From the NCBI RefSeq assembly GCF_009914755.1, contig NC_060932.1: 64,000 nt of DNA, one strand, 5' to 3'. Of the stretch, positions 15,380-30,180 are shown in pieces; position 1 is the stretch's first letter, and every line of letters starts with the position of its first letter. This DNA is from the human T2T-CHM13v2.0 reference genome, Homo sapiens. Under the pieces are notes generated by a model. That model made no database searches. It saw only the letters and a program-made list of their open reading frames with translations, and was not told the DNA's origin. Position numbers and translations under genes: made by a program.

Positions 15380-16050
15380 AATTGTTTTGGTGAACTGTTT
15401 GAAAGTAAATTGCAGACATCGCAGTACACCACCCTATATTCTTCAGCATGTACCTTCTAAAAATAAGAACACTGTTTTACATAACCACAATACCATTGCC
15501 AGATCTCAGACATTTAACATGGACTTAAAGTATTACAAATATGTTGTCTATATTCCTATTTCTTCATTTCTCCCCAAAAATATTGCTTTTTTCCCACCTA
15601 TCTTTAGAAACCTATCAAGGGTCATACATTGCATTCGGTTTAGTCTTGTTTAATTTAGAGCAGTTCCTCCACTATTTTTTGCCTCTGTTGACACTGAGAT
15701 TTTTAGACTCCAGGCTAGTTGTCTTGTAAAATATTCTACAATCCACATTTGAATGATTGCGGCCACACAGATTCACCATTTTGCCATCACTAATGTAATA
15801 ACTTAATTCAGACAGAGATCATCACCATCCAAATACCATTTGGTGAAAGTTTATTGGGAAAAAATATACCACCCAAGAGATTATGTATTAATCACAAATG
15901 AGAAAAGTTGCCTTTATAATGGAGAGATTTGGCCAAACTTACATTAACCAAGTGATCAAAACTAGAATCACCAATAATGGGACAAACTGCCTTACACGCC
16001 TGCTGATGTGATGCAACAGAGAGTACACGTCTGCAGAAAAGTCTTGTCAA
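15380..16050. mobile_element. Ancient L1MC/ME fragments (minus piece about 15380-15790, plus piece about 15800-16050)
   Basis: gaactgtttgaaagtaaattgcagacatc and cattaaccaagtgatcaaaactagaatcaccaataatgggac. Confidence 0.65.
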
Positions 16051-16282
16051 AGACACATTCTTGCAGTTACTTCATAATCACTAAGTCTCCAATTTCATCT
16101 TCAGGCAAACAGAACTTGATACTGTAGAAACCCCATTTCTTCCTCTTTAAAAACTCTTCATTTTTATTCATAGTACCCCCAAGAACAATGTATTTCAAAT
16201 AAAGAATGTGGCAGAAGGAGAAAATAGCCAGTAAATAAAGACTGTGAAGAGCCTGAGTTTAGCTCAACCTCAGAGCTAATCA

Positions 16283-16482
16283 AGCTGTGCACATGCCTGT
16301 AGTCTCAGCTACTCCAGAGGCTGAGGCAGGAGGGTCACGTGAGCCCAAGAGTTTGAGGCTGCAGCGCACCATAATTAGGCCTGTGAATAGCCACTGCACT
16401 CCAGACTGAGCAACATTTTGAGACCCCGTATCTATGAAAAAAATTAAAAATACACCTTGCCTGACTCAAAAAAAGAAAAAAA
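16283..16482 (+). mobile_element. FAM (fossil Alu monomer, 7SL-derived)
   Basis: Retains gcctgtgaatagccactgcactccag, which dimeric Alu lacks. TSD cagagctaatca at 16271-16282 and 16483-16494. Confidence 0.85.
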
Positions 16483-17299
16483 CAGAGCTAATCACTAGGT
16501 TCATACACATAGGCATTCACGTATGCAGTACACACATGCCTGCACACACATACACCCAAGGGAGTGGAGTAAAAGGAGAAATTAGCTATTCTCTAGAAAG
16601 ATCAGTTCATCGCCTTGGTATATAAACATTTCTAGGGCCACCATATATGTTTACGCACTACAGAGCTCAATTTTGTTTTATCTGCACCAATTTTTTCCCT
16701 CTAGAAAAATTTTAATGTGAAAACCCAAATTTCTTGCTTTTTTTCTAATAATCAGATGGCATGGTCCACATTCCTGCTTGATAATCATTAACCAGAGCCG
16801 AGTAGCAGCCGCCTGCATTAAAATCCATCTATTTAACACAGAGTTCATCACTGTTGGGTAGCCTGTGGCCTTCCTTACTCACAGAAGTAACTGACTGCCT
16901 GGCCTCTGAGGATTCAGCTCCACAAAGGGCAGAAGACACCAGAGCTCATATTATCACAGACAACTTCTTACTAACATCCAGCTCACTCAACTCATGGAGA
17001 GGTTGCAATCCTCTTACAAACCACTGCAATCTCCTCACTGTGAATTATTAATCATGAAATGGCATAAAAATATTGATGTCATCATATAAGTAACATGCTT
17101 AAATTATATGTATTAATACATATTAAGCTATTATAAACACATTTAAAATGTACCCTAATTTCATAATATATCAAATATACTTTGTACAATGGTTTGCTCA
17201 ATGTAAGTCTATGTTCACAGGGTAATTAAAGAGTCTCCTGAAAGGCTATCTAAAAAGGTCATAAACTGCAAAAAAAAAAAAATAAAGAAAAAGGTAAAT

Positions 17300-18100
17300 T
17301 TGACTGAAACAATAAACTTCTTTGCAAGAAAGTACATAAACTAGAAAAGGTCATTGAAACATACAATAATGGTAAATTTTTTTTGTATAAAGAATATTGG
17401 CAAATCAAAATGAAGAAAAGTCCTTTCAGAAAAGGAAGTAAAAATATAATAAGCTATTGAAAAAGGTAGAAATTAATTAGACATGAAAAGATGTACAATA
17501 TATCCAATCTCATTATTGACAAAATGCAAATCAAAATAAAGAGTCACCCCTACATAAAATTAACGTTTAAGGGACTGATGATTTTAACAATTGGTAAGCA
17601 TTCAGGAAATTAACATCTTATATGCTGCTGGTGGTAATGTAAATTGGTATAAATCTCCTAGAATTGGAATTATTGAACTTTTCCTTTGTAATATTACTTC
17701 TATGAAATATGAATTTCATAGAAATTTCATGTGAATTTCATAATATTACTTCTAGGAATCTAGCTGAAAGAATTGGATAAATGCAGAAATACATACAATT
17801 TATATCACAGCATTTGCTTTAATAGTGAAAGGACAGTAAACAGCCTAAATGTCCATGAATAAAATACTGAATAACTTACATTAGGTATAAAATATTGACT
17901 ACAAAGAACCACTGATTATGCACAGCAGTGTTAGTTAATATATAGACAAGGCTCTATATAGAATGGGGGGTAGATTATAAAAACAGTGTAGAATCCTATT
18001 TTAAAAAGTCACACACATTACATGTGATTAAATAATATTTGAATATTAACTGATAATTTTAAAATTTATTTTTAGCTCTTAGCTTTTTCTTCATTCAAAT
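17300..18100 (+). mobile_element. Degraded L1ME-like ORF2/3' relic
   Basis: atgcaaatcaaaat, gctgctggtggtaatgtaaattggtat, aaacagcctaaatgtcca. Confidence 0.65.
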
Positions 18101-18249
18101 GCTCAAGTGGAATTCACTGGCTCAAAGCAAAGTTTCTCAAGAAAAAGAAGTACAAATGCTCAAATTTTGAGTTTCCAAACAGAATTTTAAAATTCTTGGA
18201 AGAGACAAAAATCTTCCCTTTCCTTTATCACATTATAAGACACTGAATA

Positions 18250-18628
<379 letters not shown>

Positions 18629-19389
18629 TCATAAGCATAAAGGGCTAAGTAATCTTTCAGAGCCAATTATCTGCTTAGACAAATAAAGACCCCATGAGTC
18701 AGCAGCAGAGTGGGGAGAGAAGAAAACACTGAGTTTTGGTTGAGTGGGTGTCTACAAAGGTACATGTGCTATAACCTTCGGGAAATGGAACAAAAGATAA
18801 TGCATATCTTGCCCTGACAAATGTGGGAAACACAAGAAGATAGCTGCAAAGCCCAAGGAAGCAGCAGCATCCAGGGGTGCTCCTTCATCCCAGACACTTA
18901 TGTGAGCAGGACGCGAGACATGGTAGTAAGATGTTCAGGGCAAAGAGGGCCTGAGATGTCCTCTTGAGCCCGAAGCAGTATAGTAAGCCATCCAAAATAT
19001 CTTACACTCCAAGAAGAGTTCAGAAGTGGCTTAGAGAGCGAGCAAGAAGACAACTTCACAGTCAGGACAGAGATGCAGAGAGCCTGGACACATGAACAGA
19101 GCCCTCATGAATGTGTGATATGCAGGGGTTGACGTGGGAGCAGATGCAGAAGAGTGAAGATCAGTAAGGTCAGCACACGCAGGGGACAGGAGCATCAGGA
19201 TGATATGAGGTCTCCATCGCTTTCCCTCCCCTGGCAAACCTTGATGCAAGCCTTGGTGAAAAGGCAGGGAAGGAAGGAAGAGCACACCCAGAAATAAAAA
19301 TGAGAAAACATTCATTAACAAGACACAAGATTAATTTACCAGAATTCATTTTCCATGACTAAGAGAAAGAAAGACCAAGATAGAAACTA

Positions 19390-19773
<384 letters not shown>

Positions 19774-20160
19774 TTAGGACATTTCTAACCTTTTACATAC
19801 ACACAAAAAATCGTAAATTATATTTATATTTTAAAAAATCTTGCAAAAAAGACAAAAAATATTAACAGTGATTACTACAAGGTAGTATGAATCAGTTTTC
19901 TTTATTGTGTTTGGCACTTCATAAACGTCTTGCAATGAACTCATATTGCTTTAATAGAGAACAGAGTGATTTTGCAATAAAAGGTAAATGACTATTATTC
20001 TCTCTTCAAATGTTTTAAAGAAGAATAATTTGGCTTTTAAAATAATTTTGGTACCAAAGTACATGGATTATTTCTTAGTTTTTGCTTTAAAAGTTGTCCA
20101 GTGTTTCATATATGGCAATTGAGAAAAGAAAAAAGTTCTCAGCTTAAATCCATGACTTAC

Positions 20161-20262
20161 CTAAAAGAACAAAGTAGAATGTGTGCCGTTTGAACCACAT
20201 GCATGGAATGTACAAGGTTATCCGTGCAGAGGAAATAATTGGGCAGGGAAGAGTTACTGTCT
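20161..20262 (-). other. Candidate spliced exon (102 nt) of the same minus-strand gene
   Basis: Acceptor tttatgtgttttttaaag|AG and consensus donor TAG|gtaagt. Unique sequence with two CpGs. Two frames are open. Confidence 0.65.
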
Positions 20263-20711
20263 CTTTAAAAAACACATAAAGTCTTAATTTGCTTAAAATA
20301 CAAGAACCCAAAGGCCTTAATAACCTTAATTACAATTTCCTCCAAGTAGAACATTCATAAGCCTTAAATCCCTTTACTGAGTTTTACTGCCAGTAATTAG
20401 GCAAAGTACACAGAGCTGAAAGAGTATGTGTGTTTAATAGAATCAAGAAAGATTTGTGTCATTTAAGCCTCCAGTTTTCAATACAGAATGGAAATAAGAA
20501 AAAGAGAAAGAGCTGGGAAGAATACAGAATAGGTGGAAAGAAAATATTTCTAGACGAATTCAACATCCAAATAACTATAGTATTTGGATCCTGCTCATAT
20601 AAATAATTTGTTTTCATTATTCCTTTACCTTTCCAAAAACATAGTTAGTGGAAAAGCTGAAACCAAGACTGGTTTTTTAAACTACAGCACTAAGTTGGCA
20701 AGCAATGCTTT

Positions 20712-20890
20712 AAAGTCTTGCTATACAAAACATGGTCCTCAAACCTGCAGCATCAGCATCACCTAGAAGCTGAATCTCAGACTTTCCTCATCCCACACCT
20801 TGTGTATTGCAGAATCACGGGCCTCACTCTACTGGTGAATCCAAATCTGCTTTTGAACAAGATTCTCAGTTGATTCCTACACATTGCTGT
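20712..20890. mobile_element. MER5A-like hAT-Charlie MITE
   Basis: catggtcctcaaacctgcagcatcagcatcacctagaagc...ctgcttttgaacaagattctcagttgattc. Confidence 0.75.
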
Positions 20891-21959
20891 AAGGCATTCA
20901 GATCAAAGTTTTGAATTCAGCCCTTCTCCCTCAAAATAGTAAGGAAAACGGATAATCTGCACCCAAAAACCCTAAAATTACATGTGTGTTTTCCTACATA
21001 TAGATGAAAATCCATTCAAATGGGAATTTCAAATATCTTTCTATTAGAAAAGTCAAGAATCATAACTGAAGTAGAAACTTCTTTTATAATCTCAAACTGC
21101 AAATTGAAAATGGAGTGATATGTAAGAGAAATTCCAAAAGTAGGGGCTCTATTCCTATGGTAATTAATTGATCCTATTCAACCTATAGTATGAGAAACTA
21201 CTAGTTCAAGAAGTATCACTATAGTCAAGTACAGGATATATAATAAAAAGATCTTCCAAGAAAGTTAAAGCTTTAAGAGCACACTACATAAATGAGAATT
21301 AACAAAGATTAGAAAATATAAAAGTTAAGGTTTTCAAGTTTTCATTCATTGACATTTACAACCCTCATGTTGGAATTTACTCTAAATTTACAACCCACAC
21401 AAACCTGGCACAGATCAGAGCCTAATGGGTCTTGCTACATTGGATCAGGCTCCCAATTCTTCCTGTCCAGGTTTCTGATGATGACACCAAGGGATATGCT
21501 GTGGAAAGAATGGCTGTTCTTTGATGTCAACCCCAAAGGTTAGGAGTGAACCCAAAACATCCTAGTTCCCTACAATAACCCATTATGGATCTGGCATCTA
21601 CAAATTTAGTTAAATCATTTTTGAGATTATTTGTATTTTCCACCCCTACTTCCTCAGGGATGCTGTAACCCTTGATCAATACTAGTAACTTAAACTAGAA
21701 ACTTAACTTCTCATGTTTATAGATTTGCTCTTTCTTTTTCTATTTTTGGTTGGTTTTTGTACTCACCCTTATACTTTTCCACCACTGTTAATAAATTCAT
21801 CAGCCTGTTTCTGTTTCTTTACACTCAAGCAAGCTCAAAGGCTTGCCCTAAAATTTCTCCCCATTGGATGGGGCTTCTACCATTCAGTAGAGATTAGTAT
21901 TAGTAGCCAAAAGCAAAGCCTGCTGCATACTCTTTCAAAGTAGTAAACTGACTTAAGAC

Positions 21960-23349
21960 TACACTAATCATTATCAAAACAGATATATAGGCCAAAGGAA
22001 CAGAACAGAGGCCTCAGAAATAACACCACACATCTACAACAATCTGATCTTTGACAAACCTGACAAAAACAAGCAATGGGGAAAGGATTCCCTATTTCAT
22101 AAATGGTGTTGGGAAAACTGGGTAGCCATAGGCAGAAAACTGAAATTGGACCCCTTCCTTACACCTTATATAAAAATTAACTCAAGATAGATTAAAGACT
22201 TAAATGTAAAACCCAAGACCATAAAAGCCCTAGAAGAAAACCTAGGCAATACCATTCAGGACATAGGTATGTGCAATGACTTCATAACTAAAACACCAAA
22301 AACAACGGCAACAAAAGCCAAATTGACAAATGGGATCTAATAAAACTAAAGAGCTTCTGCACAGCAAGAGAAACTACCATCAGAGTGAACAGGCAATCTA
22401 CAGAATAGGAGAAAATGTTTGCAATCTATCCATCTGACAAAGGGCTAATATCCAGAATCTACAAAGAACTTAAATTTACAAGAAAAAAACAACCCCATCA
22501 AAAAGTGGATGAAGAATAGGAACAGACATTCTCAAAAGAAGACATTTATGCAGCCAAGAAACATATGAAAAAACCTCATCATCACTGGTCATTAGAGAAA
22601 TGCAAATCAAAACCACAATAAGATACACCATCTCACGCCAGTTAGAATGGTGATCATTAAAAAGTCAAGAAACAACAGATGCTGGAGAGGATGTGGAGAA
22701 AGAGGAACACTTTTACACTGCTGGTGGGAGTGTAAATTAGTTCAACCATTGTTGAAGAGAGTGTGGCGATTCCTCAAGGATCTAGAACCAGAAATACCAT
22801 TTGACCCAGCAATCCCATTTACCAGGTATATACCCAAAGGACTATAACTCATTCTACCATAAAGACACATGCACACATATGCTTATTGCAGTACTGTTCA
22901 CAATAGCAAAGACTTGGGACCAACCTAAATGCCCATCAATGATAGACTGGATAAAGAAAATGTGGCACATACACACCATGGAATACTATGCAGCCATAAA
23001 AAAGGATGAGTTCATGTCCTTTGCAGGGACATGGATGAAGCTGGAAACCATCATTCTCAGCAAATTAACACAGGAACAGAAAACTAAACACCGCATGTTC
23101 TCATTCATAAGTGGGAGTTGAACAATGAGAACACATGGACACAGGGAGGGGAACATCACACACTGGGGCCTGTCAGGTGGTGGGGGGGCTAGGGGAGGGA
23201 TAGCATTAGGAGAAATACCTAATGTAGATGACGGGTTGATGAGCGCAGCAAACCACCATGGCACATGTATACCTATGTAACAAACCTGCATGTTCTGCCC
23301 ATGTGTCCCAGAACTTAAAGTATAATAAAAAAAAAAAAAAGAAAAAAAA
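21960..23349 (+). mobile_element. 5'-truncated L1PA (about L1PA5-7), last 1.4 kb
   Basis: ORF2p C-terminal peptides ([25 protein letters not shown]; TWMKLETIILSKL), G-rich 3'UTR and poly(A). Frameshifted. Confidence 0.97.
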
Positions 23350-23925
23350 TTCGGTAGATTGGAATAAGTTAGGGATGATGGAGCATTCGGGGGGAAAAAA
23401 GAACACTGCAGAAAAGCATGCAAATGTGAAACAAATAAATAATAAGCTCCTGGAAAAACTAAGGGCCATATAAGAATTAAAGCATAATATAGCCCACTTC
23501 TTGATTAAAAAGAAATGCTTCACTTGCTACATATTTTCTTTGTAGAAAAGTACCCCATATTATACCTGTGATTCATACGTTGGTTTCTTGGCCATAATAG
23601 AAGCAGCATAAGTATATCCTCTAATTCTGTGGTGATAAAGTATTTTAGACATAAAGTTATATCACATTCTTGTGATGTATATACATATTGAGATTATTTA
23701 ATCTGGTTAATGGCTGGGCATAACTAGCCTTAGGGGAAAAAATAACCCATATCACCATTCTCCTGAGCAGGTTATGTAAATGTCAATAGTACTACCATTT
23801 ATCTCACGTTCTAATCATATGTCATGCACACACACACAAATAACACTAGTATGAAAAGTGTCACAAACCCTATCTTGAGAATTTTTGCTAACACCTGAAC
23901 ACATGTGGTATGGTCACTTGAACCA

Positions 23926-24361
23926 TGGCAAAGACTCTCTCCTTGAGCAAACAGTAGTCGGGTTCCTCTGAGCCCTCTGCTCTGGACTAGGCCTCAACTG
24001 TGACCCCTGTCCTTGTTGGGCCTACCTAGCAAGAATCCCGCTAAGTTAGCCAGAATCCCCCATCCTGGATTTCTGACCACTCTTGATATCTGATCAAATG
24101 CCTCACCCCCAACCCTTGATATCTGATCTTAAGTCAGATTAGCAAGAATCCCCCTACCCTTAATGTCTCCTCTTAGTAATTTTCCATCCAAACACCGCCC
24201 CACCAGCCCCACTCCTTGTGTATAAATCTCCACTTTTCGTTGTGTATTTGAAATCGAGCCCAGTTCTATACTGAGGTATCTTTCCTCCTATTGCAATAAT
24301 TTCTGGATAAAATCTGTTTTTAATCACTTTCACTACTCTCTGGCTCTGGTATTCTTTGACA
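23926..24361 (+). mobile_element. ERV1 solo LTR, MER31-like
   Basis: tg...ca ends; aaagactctctccttga...ctctgagccctc...actaggcctc; repeated tagcaagaatcc; TATA-like tataaat near 24221. Confidence 0.8.
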
Positions 24362-25132
24362 GTCACCAAGAAAAATAAGACGCCAACTATCGGCACCTAT
24401 GATAACTTTTGAAGGTGAGGAAGAGAGAATGCAGAGAAAGGAAAGATACTATTCCAGCGGAGGCACAAGCCCCTAACTTCCACCACCCACTCGGGTGCTG
24501 GAGAAGAATGGGGAGGAAATTAGGAGTCAGATGTAACAAATGCTAGAGGAGTGCACGTCCTGAGGTTGAAAGCTGGGAGAGAGGATATGGCTACAGAAAA
24601 TCTCTAGTAAGAATCCAGGACCATCCAAAATAGTCAACTGCAAAGCAGAATAAAGACATTTTCTGGCATATAGGGTCTCAAATATATATATCCCAGGTAT
24701 CCTTTCTTGGTAAGCTATTAAAGGATATATGCTCCACAAAAACGGAAGTACACAAAAACAGTAAAAGAATCCAGGCAACAGAGTATTCAACACAAGTTAG
24801 AGGCAGAAGGAATTCCCCAAGATTATGCTGATGGGAAATCCCAAGTAAACGTCTGTGAAGCAGGCTATAAAGCAGCCAGACTAGACTGCTGCAAGACCAG
24901 CAATGCTGAAAGGTGTCTCTCCAAAAGGATAAAATAAGATAGCTAATATATTCAAACATACTAGGAAGGGATTTAGCAAACTGAAGAGCATTTACAGTTG
25001 AATTTGAGAAGCACACACAGAGAAAAAAAACCACCTTCAGAGAAAACAATAACTATATAGGATAGGAAATGTAACCAATATTTAACATATACACACACTA
25101 TGTGGCTCAGCTTTGGATAATCTTCGCAAGGT

Positions 25133-25837
<705 letters not shown>

Positions 25838-27640
25838 ATGGTTATAAGAATATAAATGCCAACTATTCATCCCTGCAAAATGACAATATAACTCTACTAG
25901 GAGGATGGGGAAAAGAAGTGGGCTCTTGTGTAGTGAGGAAGAGAAACAGTGGAAGTAAGCTAAATACTTCTCTTCCATAGCAGCAATTCAGTAGATAATG
26001 CCCCAAATTAAAAAGCAGAGAAGGAGCAATAAAAGCATGTTATGGAAAGTTATAAACATAAATACCCAAAGGTTCTGAAAGTAGTCAAGGGGGGATGGGG
26101 AAGTAACAAGAAGGCATTGGAAAGGAACAGTTTTTCATTACAGGTCTGACAGAACCATCTGTCTCCAAACAATGTGTGTGTACAACTTTGATAAAAACAA
26201 AATTTTAAAACAAAGAATATGGTTATTTCATTTTAATATTAGTAATGAACGATTTGTCAATCTAGGGAAAATTTCAACCTTATGGAAATAAAGAAATTTC
26301 TAACTAAAGATTCAATTACATGGAACCTCCAAAAATCAAAGGGAGGAAAACATACAGCTGAATGTTAGTAGTCTGTGGGCTGTCAGCACTTAACATTACA
26401 ATCTTTAAGTTCCTAGATTTGTTTTCCTAATTGCTACCAAAATAAAAGCTTTCCTAAAATTTGAAGGCTCAGTCTACAGAATCTTGCATCATTCAGCAAT
26501 TCAGAAAAACTTAACTTGTTTGATGTAGAAAGAAAATAAATTATTTTGCATAATATTTTTATTTACTTAATGGCAGATAAAATTATACCCTCATTTCATA
26601 TTTATACTTTCTTGCTAAAAGGGGACTTCACTTAAATCTGGCAGAAAACAAGAATCAGAGTTAAGACAGAAAAATTCACCTCATTCTAAGGTGAGCCCTT
26701 TTGGGGAGTCTCATTTTACCCAGGAAAAATAAGAAAATTAATCCTAGTTATCATGACACATTCTTATATAAAGTATTGGTTTACAAGGGGAAGAATGCCT
26801 ATAGTAATGACACATGGCACTTGTAATAAATCCTTCTCACACTGTAGTATATTAACCAATATTTCCCAAACCTTCCTTAGGTCAACACAGGAGACCTCAA
26901 GCAGCCAACCAGCTTAACTGAGACCACATCAAGTAAAACCAGGCCACAGATGAGTACTTTCCTACATAAGAGACAAAACAATACATGTATGATTTTAATA
27001 GTTTAAGCTATTCCAGCATTGGCTAAAATGTACATCTTTCCAGACTTAGAAAAAATACAGACATTATCCAGGCCTAAGGAGTTTCATATTCAGTAAGAAT
27101 TAAATTTCTTTGTTCCCCTTTGCCAAATGTCTTAAATAGGAACAGAAAAGCAGGAGGCACATGATAGAAAATCTGGATAAATATTAAAAATAAATGCACA
27201 GTGGAAGTAAGCTAAATACTTCCAAATATTTCCAAATGCTAAGATATATTTTCTGTAAACACCCATAGTTAAAAGTGCCAGTACTCCGAATTTCATATCT
27301 TCAAGATCTTTTAGTGAATTTGGCCTTTATATTTAATGATTCATATTTTAAGAAAACAACGTTCATGCCAGCCTAAGAACTGCATGTATGTTATTGCATA
27401 GATGCTTGATAGAGTTTTAAAACCTGACTTGTAGCACTATATGTATGTGTAGCTAACACAACATAGATCATTCTAAAAATAAATACTAAAAAGATGTACA
27501 TAGAAGCAAACTTGGTAGAAGATTATTTTATTTCTGATCCATGAATCACATAGTCTCGAATATATCCAAGTTTAGTAAAATGAATTCTACTCAAAACTCT
27601 GAACTACCCAACACTGATTCTTATTTTTTTAAAAAAACAC

Positions 27641-27872
27641 GGCCTGGCCAACATGGCGAAACCCCATCTCTACTTTAATACAAAAATTATCCGGCTGTGG
27701 TGGTGCATGTCTCTAATTCCAGCTACTCAGGAGGCTGAGACACGAGAATTGCTTGAACTCAGGAGATGGAGGTTGCAGCGAGCGGAGATTACACCACTGT
27801 ACTCCAGCCTGGGTGACAGACCAAGACTCCAACTCAAAAAAATAATAATAAATTAAGGTAAAAAAAATAAAA
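27641..27872 (+). mobile_element. 5'-truncated AluS followed by (CA)n
   Basis: gcctggccaacatggcgaaacccc..., complete right arm and A tail. Confidence 0.93.
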
Positions 27873-28699
27873 TTCACACATACACACACACACACAACCC
27901 ATAAAACCCTTTCCCATTTCTATGTTTATCTGATCTTCTGCAAAGCTGACCCATTCTCCAAGGTAGGCGTTCCACTTTGAGGGTTTCTCTCAGCCTTTCG
28001 GTCTTCTCAGCCTTTCGGTCTGAGCCAATTCTCAGTCACATGTTTACATGCTGCTTTTAAACTTTCCTTTAATGGTTTTGTTTTTTTAAAAAACTTTGCC
28101 CTCAAATCAAGCTGGGTGAGAAAGACCACAATTGCCTCCCTTCTCTTTTTATTTTTTTCGTTTGTTAACCTGTGTGACAAGAACACTAGTCAGTCTTAGA
28201 AACTGCCAAAGCACCTGCTGATTGAGTGCTTTTCAAAGAAATAATAGTGACATTTTTCTGACAAATATAGTAGTCCCTTATGGGGATATGATGGTTTTTT
28301 CCAAATGTTCTTTAAAAGGGTAGACTTTGTGCTCTGGTTTAGTGCTACTAGCAGTAGTAAGACTAACAGGTAACTTGGTGTCAGACATTACTAGTGGCTG
28401 CTCTTCCTTCAGGACTAATTCTCTTCAGGGCAGCAACATGCCTGACAGAAAAAATACTGTTTTCCCAGACCTTCTGGCAGTTAGGAGGCATTTGTTGCAG
28501 AGCACCCTAGACAGGAATGTGGTGTATGCCAGTTGATCTATTTTGTTCATAAAAATTACAAAAAAAAAAAAAAAGAGGAAGAAGAAACAGTAGCTTTTCC
28601 AGAAGCCCTCTCCAGGAGATGCCTTCTTACCTCTCAGGGAACAAAAACTTTTTGTCCCATCTCAGAGTCTCACCCCCTCACCACAGTCAGCAGCTCTTA

Positions 28700-29460
28700 T
28701 CACTCTTCATTCTCCAAAGTATCTTTCACTCTGTTCTCTCTTCTGCATTTTTATCAACACATTTCTCACTCCAGAACTTGGGCAACTCTACCAACGTACA
28801 CGCCTTTCATGCTCCCAACTCTCACATCCATCTAATTCATTCTCCACTATACAATCACCAGGATTTCTTTAAAAAATTAAATAAAATCCTATCACTTCGG
28901 CTGTTTAAAAATCCACCGTATTCCCTACTACCTAAAGAACAAAGTCTAGTCTCAAGTCTGAGCTATGTCTCATCTGTGCACATAACAGCAGTCTCAAACT
29001 CGAGTTTGTTTCTGCTCATCACTACCCATGCCTAGAATACCTTTACCTGCAATGTTCTTATTTTTTTAGTTTTTCCTCATAATTTAAGACTCATTTGAAC
29101 TCTTTTTCATACATCTGTTTATTCATTTACAAACATTTATGATTACTTGCTATGTCCTACACATTAGGAACACAATAATAAGTATAAAAATGATATACAA
29201 TTCCCTAACCTATAAAGGAACATGCAATCTCCTCCAGGAAGACTTCCCTGATACTCTAATCACTTATAAGGGCTAAGGGCCACTATAGTATCACTCTGAG
29301 GCACGCTGGAGTCTTCTATTTCTATATTTGTTACATTATAAAATTACCTAGCTATATGTATGTCTTCCCCAGTAGACAGTAAGATATCACCTCCTATACA
29401 TTTTCATGTGCCCAGAGTCCACTTCAGTACTTGGTGTCAAATATAGACATTTGCTACTGT
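28700..29460. mobile_element. L2 relics
   Basis: tcctccaggaagacttccctga, ccccagtagacagtaag, ttcatttacaaacatttatgattacttgctatgt. Confidence 0.55.
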
Positions 29461-30180
29461 GCAAGAAACATATTGCTAAAATAAAGTTCCTTTCAGTTAG
29501 CAAGTTTTAGCACATACTTTTACTTGGCTCCTTAGAAAATAAAATAAGGTTCCTGGTCTCCAGGAACATACAGTCTAACTTAACAAGATATTTATGCAGA
29601 ATATCCCCAATTTAGTGCAACATTAATAAAGAGAAAAATCCCTAAGGCTTGGTCTCAACCATTTTGAACAATTTTATGTTATATAAATCATTGACTTGAA
29701 AGGCAAATCAATTGTACTTCTCTGCCAAACAAACCATTAACTAATTTACTGAGACAGTCTGACTCACTGGGATATGTAAATAAATGAACTTTTTTCTCAA
29801 AACCTTTCCCCTTTTGCTACCCTGAGCCCCCACTTCCCAGATGGGTATCAGTGACCTAAGTAGAATGAGCAGATTCTATGAATGAAAGCAAGTAGGAATT
29901 TAGTATAGTAGTCCTTCCTCCATACTTAAGGCCCATTCCTTTTCAGTTTAAAGCATCAATGTAAACTGAATGCCAAACCTCTCCTCTTCACAACACAGGT
30001 GGGAAACATCTAATTCCAAACAGCTTGGGGAACATGGGGATTGAAGGGATGTGCTAATACCCTCCAGTGTGCTAGGGAGAAAAAGGGGGCATATCTTCCA
30101 CCTAAAAGGTGAGGACTTAACCCTCTCCTTGGTGGCCCTAATGGTCTCATTGCCAATGGGCTAAGAAAGAAAAAATGATG

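Noticed and set aside
19340-19358. 19-nt minus-strand micro-exon
   Set aside because: Good acceptor but mediocre donor (CTG|gtaaat) and no other support.
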